9,938 nt of DNA from Macrostomum lignano (Eukaryota). The stretch spans positions 1-9,938 of the forward strand of contig NIVC01000253.1 in the NCBI GenBank assembly GCA_002269645.1. The letters are read 5' to 3'. Positions 1 to 8,484 of the stretch are shown in pieces. Position 1 is the stretch's first letter; the number at the start of each line of letters is the position of its first letter. Under the pieces are notes generated by a model that was not told where the DNA came from, searched no databases, and saw only the letters and a program-made list of their open reading frames with translations. The translations under genes were made by a program, and so were the position numbers.

Positions 1-13
1 AAAATAGACTCAC

Positions 14-866
14 ACAGACTGCGTATTTGAGCATCTAACAGAGTCGTATTTGAGCAGCTACAGACTCGTATTTGAGCAGCTACAGACTCGTATTGAGCAG
101 CTACAGACTCGTATTTGAGCAGCTACAGACTCGTATTTGAGCATCTGACAGAGTCGTATTTGAGCAGCTACAGAGTCGTATTTGGAGCATCTGACAGAGT
201 CGTATTTGAGCATCTGACAGACTCGTATTTGAGCATCTGACAGACTCGTATTTGAGCATCTGACAGAGTCGTATTTGAGCAGCTACAGACTCGTATTTGG
301 GTAGCTACAGACTCGTATTTGAGCAGCTACAGACTCGTATTTGAGCAGCTACAGACTCGTATTTGAGCATCTGACAGAGTCGTATTTGAGCAGCCTACAG
401 ACTCGTATTTGAGCATCTGACAGAGTCGTATTTGAGCATCTGACAGACTCGTATTTGAGCATCTGACAGAGTCGTATTTGAGCAGCTACAGACTCGTATT
501 TGGGTAGCTACAGACTCGTATTTGAGCAGCTACAGACTCGTATTTGAGCAGCTACAGACTCGTATTTGAGCAGCTACAGACTCATATTTGAGCAGCTACA
601 GACTCATATTTGAGCAGCTACAGACTCGTATTTGAGCAGCTACAGACTCGTATTTGAGCAGCTACAGACTCATATTTGAGCAGCTACAGACTCGTATTTG
701 GGATAAGCTACAGACTCATATTTGAGCAGCTACAGACTCGTATTTGAGCAGCTACAGACTCATATTTGAGCAGCTACAGACTCATATTTGAGAGCAAGCT
801 GACAGGCTAATATTTGGCAGCTGACAGACTCATATTTGAGCAGCTGACAGACTCGTATTTGAGCAT
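14..866. repeat. Minisatellite, 22-23 bp unit CAGACTCGTATTTGAGCAGCTA (variant CAGAGTCGTATTTGAGCATCTGA), about 38 copies
   Basis: Head-to-tail copies read directly; GTATTT recurs at 293, 315, 337, 359, 382, 405, 428, 451, 474, 496, 518 and onward. No unique spacers. The left edge is degenerate and close to the window start. Confidence 0.97.
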
Positions 867-1286
867 CATGAGCTTTGCTGCTCTAGAAAATTCAAAGAAA
901 AAGACTGTCACAAACATGTGGCTAAGACGCTACTGAAATCATAAAAATTTGCAATCATAAATCGGTGCTGAAGCAAAGCCAATTACAATTAGTTACATTA
1001 TATCAATATATAACCTTGCTGTTTGACATCGGAACAAACAAAACATGTATTATGTAAAGTTGATTATTTTAGAAGCAAAACAATAAAAAATATTGCATTG
1101 GGTTTCATTTTGGATTATCAATAACAATAATTCATGCAGCTAATAATAATAATATTTACACAGCTTGTAGGCTTTGCATAAATATGGGAAAAATCAGGAG
1201 ATTTTTTAAACTAATATTTCTTATCTTAGATAGATATGCTCATTAATCTGCGAATTCAATAAAGATGCATAACGGTATAGAGTACA

Positions 1287-2782
1287 AGACGGTCAGGTGG
1301 TGAGACAGTCAGGGGGTGAGGCATTCAGGGGGTTGAGGCATTCAGGGGGTGAGACATCCAGGGGTTGAGACATTCAGGGGTTGAGACATTCAGGGGTGAG
1401 GCATTCAGGGGGTGAGAACAGTCAGGGGTTGAGACATCCAGGGGTTGAGACATTCAGGGGTTGAGACATTCAGGGGGTGAGACATCCAGGGGTTGAAGAC
1501 ATCCAGGGGTTGAGACATTCAGGGGTTGAGACATTCAGGGGGTGAGACATTCAGGGGGTGAGATAGTCAGGGGGTGAGACATAGGGGGTGAGATAGTCAG
1601 GGAGTGAGACAGTCAGGGGGTGAGACAGTCAGGGGTGAGACAGTCAGGGGTGAGACGGTCAGGGGGTGAGATAGTCAGGGGGTGAGACAGTCAGGGGGTG
1701 AGATAGTCAGGGGTAAGAAAGTCAGGGGGTGAGACAGTCAGGGGGTGAGACAGTCAGGGAGTGAGACAGTCAGGGGGTAAGACAGTCAGGGAGTGAGACA
1801 GTCAGGGGGTGAGACAGTCAGGGGTGAGATAGTCAGGGGTGAGATAGTCAGGGGGTGAGACAGTCAGGGGTAAGACAGTCAGGGGTAAGACAGTCAGGGG
1901 TGAGATAGTCAGGGGTGAGATAGTCAGGGGGTGAGATAGTCAGGGGTGAGACAGTCAGGGGGTGAAAGTCAGGGGGTGAGACAGTCAGGTGGTGAGACAG
2001 TCATGGGGTAGACAGCACGGGGTGAGACAGTCAGGGGTAGACAGTCGGGGTGAGACAGTCAGGGGTGAGACAGTCAGGGGGTGAGACATTCAGGGGGTGA
2101 GACATTCAGGGGTGAGACATTCAGGGGGTGAGATAGTCAGGGGGTGAGACAGTCAGGGGGTGAAACAGTCAGGGGGTGAGACAGTCAGGTGGTGAGACAG
2201 TCATGGGGTTAGACAGTCACGGGGTGAGATAGTCAGGGGGTGAGAGGTCAGGGGTGAGACATTCAGGGGGTAAGACAGTCAGGAGGTGAGACAGTCAGGG
2301 GTGAGACAGTCAGGGGGTGAGACGGTCAGGGGGTGAGATAGTCAGGGGTAAGACAGTCAGGGGGTGAGACAGTCAGGGGTAAGACAGTCAGGGGGTGAGA
2401 CAGTCAGGGGGTGAGATAGTCAGGGTGAGACAGTCAGGGGGTGAGACAGTCAGGGGGTGAGACAGTCAGGGGGTGAGACAGTCAGGGGGTGAGACAGTCA
2501 GGGGGTGAGACATTCAGGGGTGAGACAGTCAGGGGGTGAGACAGTCAGGGGTAAGACTGTCAGGGGTGAGATAGTCAGGGGGTGAGATAGTCAGGGGGTG
2601 AGATAGTCAGGGGTGAGACAGTCAGGGGGTGAGATAGTCAGTGGGTGAGACAGTCAGGGGTGAGACAGTCAGGGGTGAGATAGTCAGGGGGTGAGACAGT
2701 CAGGGGGTGAGACAGTCAGGGGGTGAGATAGTCAGGGGTGAGGTAGTCAGGGGGTGAGACAGTCAGGGGGTGAGACAGTCAG
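1287..2782. repeat. G-rich minisatellite, 15-16 bp unit GAGA(C/T)AGTCAGGGG(G)T, about 95 copies
   Basis: Continuous tandem array with one G4-5 run per unit on the + strand. The GAGACATTC/GAGACATCC...GGGGTT variant dominates about 1316-1560. Confidence 0.97.
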
Positions 2783-2800
2783 AATGAGACCAAATATTGA

Positions 2801-2806
2801 TTTATT
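2801..2806 (-). promoter_or_regulatory. Putative polyadenylation signal AATAAA of the receptor gene (overlapping ATTAAA at 2805-2810)
   Basis: tttatt on the + strand reads AATAAA on the minus strand, about 150 nt after the TGA at 2959-2961. Not confirmed by transcript data. Confidence 0.55.
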
Positions 2807-2958
2807 TAATAACATAGGCGGATATGCTCACTGTAAGGTACAATTTGGTATTGTATAAAGGTGCATAACAGCAGTATAAAGTACACTAAAATATATACTA
2901 CAATACCTCCATGGCTGATGCTGTTCAAGTCATGTCGGGTGTCGCCCCTCACGGGCAG

Positions 2959-3189
2959 TCACTGAATGTGCAGCAGCTTCTTGAAAGCTTTTCGAAATTC
3001 GTTTTGAATATGGTGTAAATTACCGGATTAAGGAAGCTGTTCACGTAGCCCAGCCACACTATGAACACGTTGATGCGCCTGTCGTATTGGCAGATGATGC
3101 CCAGCGACTCCTGATGGTCGAAATTCTTTAAGCAGGCGCCCACATCAGGTTGGTGATGAAGAATGGAAGCCAGCATAGTAGAAAAACTC
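2959..3189 (-). CDS. Dop2R: D2-like dopamine receptor, last coding exon (TM6-ECL3-TM7-helix 8); two 1-nt deletions at about 3141 and 3003
   Basis: Acceptor CCCCCGCAG| ends at 3190. Frame-restored translation: (G)VFLLCWLPFFITNLMxGACLKNFDHQESLGIICQYDRRINVFIVWLGYVNSFLNPVIYTIFxNEFRKAFKKLLHIQ*. Contains CWxP, NPxxY and the FRKAF helix 8. The exon is 231 nt and 233 are needed, matching two missing bases. Confidence 0.92.
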
Positions 3190-3918
3190 CTGCGGGGGTC
3201 AAAGGGGTCAGAGGGGTCATGGGGTCAGAGGTGTCTGGTAAAGACATCAACTTAAGGGGGTTGAGTCCAGAATAATAAAAGGAGGGTGGAGTGAGAACGG
3301 GAGGCTGAGGAGGGACGAGGTGAGGACCAATCAGAGTGAAGAGAGGGTGAGAGAGAAGGCTAGTGAACGGAAGGAGGGCAGAAGTCGCTTCAGTGTCAAA
3401 GGGGTTAAAGGGTTCAAAGGGTCAGGGTAGTCAGAAGGGTCAGAGGGGTCAAAGGGGTCATAGTGGTCATAAGGCTCAGAGGAATCACAGGGTCATAGGG
3501 GTCAGAGGTTCATAGGAGTCAGGGTGGTCAGGAGACTCAGACGCGTAAAAAGGGTCATTGTGGTCAGGAGGGTCAGAGGGGTCATTGTGGTCAGGAGGGT
3601 CAGAGGGGTCATTGTGGTCACGAGGGTCAGAGGGGTCAAAGGGGTCAGGGTGGTCAGGAGGGTCAGAGGGGTCATTGTGGTCACGAGGGTCAGAGGGGTC
3701 ATTGTGGTCACGAGGGTCAGAGGGGTCAAAGGGGTCAGGGTGGTCAGGAGGGTCAGAGGGGTCAGGTGATGTCACAATAAATGGTTAAAATACATTCTCA
3801 CAGTCGGCAGTGAGGATGAGACGGTCAGGACATGAGAGTCATGGGTGAAAACAGGTCTTGAAAGCACCTATGACAGCCGGTGATTAGGTAAGACTCGACC
3901 CACCCCTCCCCAGCTCAC
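3190..3918 (-). other. Intron (GT-AG, phase 1, 729 nt) splitting the Gly of TM6 AIVLG/VF
   Basis: Donor CTGG|GTGAGC at 3918 and acceptor CGCAG| at 3190. Joining gives G+GA = Gly and continuous AIVLGVFLLCWLP. Confidence 0.92.
3193..3765. repeat. Degenerate 9-bp minisatellite (GGGGTCAGA and variants) forming 27- and 36-bp higher-order units; core about 3400-3765 plus a short block at 3193-3230
   Basis: GGTCA recurs every 9 nt. The periodic ORF translations (SDPRDHNDP, SDPPDHPDPFDP) show the 27/36-bp units. A purine-rich non-periodic stretch (about 3235-3400) interrupts the array. Confidence 0.9.
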
Positions 3919-4678
3919 CCAGCACAATCGCCAAAGTCTTGGTGGCCTTCTTCTCCCTTTTGGCGGCCGACTCTCCGCCTTGCTGCTGCCTGTCGGTTTC
4001 TTGCGCAACTTGAGCTGCTGAAACAGCGGCTGCTTCTTCTGCTGCTTCTGATGATTCGGCTGCTGCTTCTTGTTGTTGCTGGTTCGCCTCCGCCGCCGCT
4101 GTCGCCGCTCTGAGGTCCGCTGTTGTCGGAGTTGGACGGGCCGGCCAGGGTCTGGCTCTCCGTGAGCAGCTGCGGCGAGTCGATGCTCGGCAGCCGCAGG
4201 TGTGCGGGGCAGCCTCCTCGCCGGTGTAAATTCCGTCCACCTGACAAGCGGCGCAGTCGCCAGCCGCATTCGCCATTGATGGAGCGGCAAGAGTCTGGGG
4301 TCTTTGAATTTTTTTAGACTTGGCATTGTTGACACATTCTTTCGGTTGCTGCTGCTGCTGGTTAGACAGAGTCCGAAGCTTCTTGTCGTTGGCTTTGCTG
4401 CTTTCTTAGCCCGACTGCGGATCACGGTGAAGATGGCACAGCACCAGTCACCAGGCAGGGAAGAAGCTGCCCAGGCTGAGTAGATCAGAAAATCGCCATT
4501 GAAAAATGTGCAAACGTGACGGAACTTCTCGTGATAGCGGAGGCCCTGCAGATTCTGCAGGCCGCAGCGATCGGCAGGGCGATGCCGATAGAGAGCAGCC
4601 AGGTGCCGCGATGGTCACGTGAGCTCGCTTGGAGTTCCTGTGCTTGGCGTACTTAATGGGCTGGGTGACGCGATGAAC
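3919..4678 (-). CDS. Dop2R: D2-like dopamine receptor exon: ICL2, TM4, ECL2, TM5, long ICL3, start of TM6; about 11 small deletions break the frame
   Basis: Acceptor CCCGCAG| ends at 4679. Frame-restored: (R)FIAVTQPIKYAKHRNSKRAHVTIAxTWLLSIGIALPIAxGLQNLQGLRYHEKFRHVCTFFNGDFLIYSSLGSFF..PCLV.LVL..AIFTVIRSRAKKA...SAAKREKKATKTLAIVLG. AVTQPIKYAKH and KKATKTLAIVLG are characteristic of invertebrate D2-like receptors. Confidence 0.9.
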
Positions 4679-4718
4679 CTGCGGGTTTGGGAGGGTTGGA
4701 GGCCGACTGTTGTTGGGA

Positions 4719-6283
4719 TTAGGGACTGTCTTAGGGAAGCATTAGGGAACTGTCTTAGGGAAGCATTAGGGAAGCATTAGGAATTGTCTTAGGGAAGCAT
4801 TAGAACTGTCTTAGGGAAGCATTAGGGAACTGTCTTAGGGAAGCATTAGGGAACTGTCTTAGGGAAGCATTAGGGGACTGTCTTAGGGAAGCATTAGGGG
4901 ACTGTCTTAGGAAAGCATTAGTGAACTGTCTTAGGGAAGCATTAGGGAACTGTCTTAGGGAAGCATTAGTGAACTGTCTTAGGGAAGCATTAGGGAACTG
5001 TCTTAGGGAAGCATTAGGGAACTGTCTTAGGGAAGCATTAGGGAACTGTCTTAGGGAATCATTAGGGGACTGTCTTAGGGAAGCATTAGGGGACTGTCTT
5101 AGGAAAGCATTAGGGGACTGTCTTAGGGAAGCATTAGGAACTGTCTTAGGGAATCATTAGGGGACTGTCTTAGGGAAGCATTAGGAACTGTCTTAGGGAA
5201 GCATTAGGAATTGTCTTAGGGAAGCATTAGAAACTGTCTAAGGAAAGCATTAGGGAACTGTCTTAGGGAAGCATTAGGGAACTGTCTTAGGGAAGCATTA
5301 GGGAACTGTCTTAGGGAAGCATTAGGGAACTGTCTTAGGGAAGCATTAGTGAACTGTCTTAGGGAAGCATTAGGGAACTGTCTTAGGGAAGCATTAGGGA
5401 ACTGTCTTAGGGAAGCATTAGGAACTGTCTTAGGGAAGCATTAGGAATTGTCTTAGGGAAGCATTAGAAACTGTCTAAGGAAAGCATTAGGGAACTGTCT
5501 TAGGAAGCATTAGGGAACTGTCTTAGGGAAGCATTAGGGAACTGTCTCAGGGAAGCATTAGTGAACTGTCTTAGGGAAGCATTAGGGAACTGTCTTAGAG
5601 AAGCATTAGGGAACTGTCTTAGGGAAGCATTAGGGAACTGTCTTAGGGAAGCATTAGTGAACTGTCTTTGGGAAGCATTAGGGGACTGTCTTAGGAAAGC
5701 ATTAGGGGACTGTCTTAGGAAAGCATTAGGGGACTGTCTTAGGGAAGCATTAGGGGACTGTCTTAGGAAAGAATTAGGGGACTGTCTTAGGGAAGCATTA
5801 GGGGACTTTCTTAGGGAAGCATTAGGGGACTGTCTAAGGGAAGCATTAGGGGACTGTCTTAGGGAAGCATTAGGGAACTGTCTTAGGGAAGCATTAAAGG
5901 ACTGTCTTAGGGAAGCATTAGGGGACTGTCTTAGGGAAGCATTAGGGACTGTCTTAGGGAAGCATTAGGGGACTGTCCTAGGGAAGCATTAGGGGACTGT
6001 CTTAGGGAAGCATTAGGGAACTGTCTTAGGGAAAGATTGGGGACTGTCTTAGGGAAGCATTAGGGAACTGTCTTAGGGAAGCATTAGGGGACTGTCTTAG
6101 GGAAGCATTAGGGGACTGTCTTAGGGAAGCATTAGGGGACTGTCTTAGGGAAGCATTAGGGGACTGTCTTAGGGAAGCATTAGGGGACTGTCTTAGGGAA
6201 GCATTAGGGACTGTCTTATTAGGGGACTGTCTTAGGGAAGCATTAGGGGACTGTCTTAGGGAAAGATTATGGGACTGTCTTAG
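4719..6283. repeat. 24-bp minisatellite TTAGGGAAGCATTAGGG(A/G)ACTGTC with two telomere-type hexamers per unit, about 65 copies
   Basis: Read directly; the 8-aa periodicity in the ORF track (NCLREALG) confirms 24 bp. Scattered 1-nt indels. Confidence 0.97.
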
Positions 6284-6695
6284 ATAATGGACTGCAATAT
6301 CGAGTATGGGATTAGTTATTGTGATTAGAGAAAGACAGAAAGTTGTCTTCCGGAGAACTTTGGAATGTCTTAAAGAATTATTGACGAAAAGTGTATTAAC
6401 TCTCAGAGATGTGTGAAAAAAATACAGAAAGAATAAATTTATACAATGAAACACAAAATATCAACTCAAGTTAGCATTGCACCGATACTGACCTTTACTG
6501 AGCAGGCAAAGTTGCTAGCTGGTGCGTAAAAGAACATCTCCCCGAATAAATAAGTTTAAAATAGCTGGCTCACCAGTGGCAAGCACCCCAGCAACAATTG
6601 GATTGATAATTTCGCGACTCCAAAGTATGTGGGAGTAGAAAGTTCAAGTTTCACATCAAAAGTTTGTCTGGGCCCCGTCTAGAGTGCGAAATCCC

Positions 6696-6921
6696 GCCCC
6701 TGGTGCTGGCGCCCCTGGTGCTGGCGCTCCTAGCGCTGGCGCCCCTGGTGCTGGCGCCCCTGGTGCTGGCGCCCCTGGTGCTGGCGCCCCTGGTGCTGGC
6801 GCCCCTGGTGCTGGCGCCCCTGGTGCTGGCGCCCTGGTGCTGGCGCCCCTGTGCTGGCGCCCCTGGTGCTGGCGCCCCTGGTGCTGGCGCCCCTGGTGCT
6901 GGCGCCCCTGGTGCTGGCGCC
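6696..6921. repeat. GC-rich 15-bp minisatellite GCCCCTGGTGCTGGC, about 15 copies
   Basis: Near-perfect tandem copies, each with the GGCGCC palindrome; 5-aa periodicity (APGAP) in several frames on both strands. Confidence 0.97.
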
Positions 6922-8143
6922 ACGCCAAAGACGCACCCCCACAATGAATCGATTCCCAGTGAACAATGACTCAGGCTCATTAAAAAAAGAATGATTTGGG
7001 GCATTTTAATCTCTTCTTATCAATAAAAGTAAGTTGAGTAGTGCTTCGGCCCCCACGACACTAGGTGCCAACAATTGCTCAGCTGTCGCACCTTGATGCC
7101 TGAGTTCTTGTCCATGGCTATAGCAACTCTACCGGTAGACAGTTGAAAGCGGTAGAATTCTCGTTATTAAAAAAACATTCAATTTTTTGAGACAGTAAAA
7201 CTTTTCAACGCAGTGGATTAGGACCCTTCAGCAGTATTCTGTCTGTCGACTTTAATTATAAGAAAAAATTATTTTTTTCTCATTATATCTGGCTAGCAAC
7301 GGGATGATGCAAGCTCGAGTTGATTGAGTTTCGGCAGCTGCCACCCCATCACCCCAGTGCAGAGCGGGAACTGCAGCGAGTTCCCCAGAGAGATGCCCAT
7401 AGCAACTGGGATTTCTGCTAATCCGAATCTCATAACAAATCATATTCAGATTTGAGATTGTGTCTTTTTTGAAAACTTTAAAAAAAAAACACAGGCACAA
7501 ATATTCGTTGACAGATAATTGACCCGGACAGTTAAAACAAACTGCCAAGGAAGTTCGGCTTCTAAGAAGCGACAAGATCCCAGGAATATTCGATTTCGAA
7601 GAGTTTCGGGGGGAATGGATGGCCTCCAGTATCTCATGAATGCCAAATTAACGGGAAAGGAGAGTGGGATAAGGGGGAGAGAGTTCTGGAAAGCAGACTA
7701 TGGACCCGCAGATCGAGAGGCGCCTCGACTCTTGAGGGAATAAAAAAGTAACTTTAGAAAAGCAAAATAAAAAAGTTAGAAGGCGATTTCTTTCAGTGCG
7801 CAGCTTTTTAGAATCCGGTCGAAGGGGAAAATTCTAAAAGAGACCCCGAGAGGGAAACCAGGTCACCGACCCATAGGATTATTTAGAATGTTTTGACGAC
7901 ATGAAATTTAATATTTATTGTTTTCAGAAATGATTCCCTTCTGAGAGGAAGTCAATCATGAATGCGGGACTGTGGGAATTCAATGGGAAAAATGAAGCTT
8001 GTAAATTGCTAGACGGGACGGCACAACAAAATCATTCCGGTATTCTTGGAAAAGTAAAACAAATCACAATTTTGCAGTCCGGATAAAGAAACGAAAACTA
8101 CAAGTACAATATAATCTCATCACAGGAGGAATCTCATTTTAAG

Positions 8144-8453
8144 ACAAAATCTCACCCTGAGCATTTAGAAACCTACAAAACCTCACCCTAATGGTTTATA
8201 AAACTACTCACCCTAAGGACTTTTAAAACTACAAAATCCCACCCTAAGGATTTAGAAAACTACAAAATCTCACCCTAAGGATTTCCAAAACTACAAAATC
8301 TCACCCTAATGATTTAGAAAACTACAAAATCTCACCTTAAGGATTTCCAAAACTACAAAATCTCACCCTAATGATTTAGAAAACTACAAAATCTCACCTT
8401 AAGGATTTATAAAACTACAAAATCTCACCCTAAGGATTTCTAAAACTACAAAA
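8144..8453. repeat. 31-bp minisatellite AAAACTACAAAATCTCACCCTAAGGATTTAG, about 10 copies
   Basis: AAAACTAC recurs at 8225, 8256, 8287, 8318, 8349, 8380, 8411 and 8442 (31-nt steps), with degenerate copies to the left. Confidence 0.95.
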
Positions 8454-8484
8454 ACAAATCAGACGCAATGGCCCGACCACTCAC

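Larger units (their letters stand above)
4679..8484 (-). other. Intron (GT-AG, phase 2, 3806 nt) splitting the Arg of the DR(F) motif
   Basis: Donor GACAG|GTGAGT at 8484 and acceptor CGCAG| at 4679. AG+G gives Arg and continuous AISIDRFIAV. Confidence 0.92.

Noticed and set aside
14-866. CRISPR array (short, partly palindromic repeats with a CTC-N6-GAG hairpin)
   Set aside because: Units are directly adjacent with no unique spacers, there are no cas genes, and the context is a spliced eukaryotic gene.
2949-3176. ORF-track 75-aa protein as a standalone gene
   Set aside because: Only its middle is in the receptor frame. Its start and end come from other frames across two deletions; the true exon is 3189-2959.
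3485-3788. ORFs 3485-3775, 3502-3729, 3524-3769 and 3558-3788
   Set aside because: Open in several frames on both strands because the 9-bp repeat lacks stops; they lie inside a well-defined intron.
4719-6283. True telomere or chromosome-end fusion
   Set aside because: The hexamers are separated by fixed spacers, there is no head-to-head inversion, and the array sits inside an intron with continuous exons on both sides.
4921-6454. ORFs with NCLREALG or LRQSPNAS repeats
   Set aside because: Translations of the 24-bp array, broken by repeat indels, intronic, and with no non-repetitive domain.
6661-6703. MITE or DNA transposon terminal inverted repeat
   Set aside because: No matching second terminus or target-site duplication was found in the window.
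6651-7004. Collagen-, elastin- or silk-like GAPGA ORFs
   Set aside because: The 15-bp DNA repeat is almost invariant at synonymous positions and open in many frames on both strands, which indicates DNA-level expansion. It is not a Gly-X-Y pattern.
7252-7743. Short ORFs 7252-7575, 7446-7646 and 7519-7743 as a nested gene or transposon remnant
   Set aside because: No recognisable domain or motif, mutually overlapping, and of a length expected by chance.
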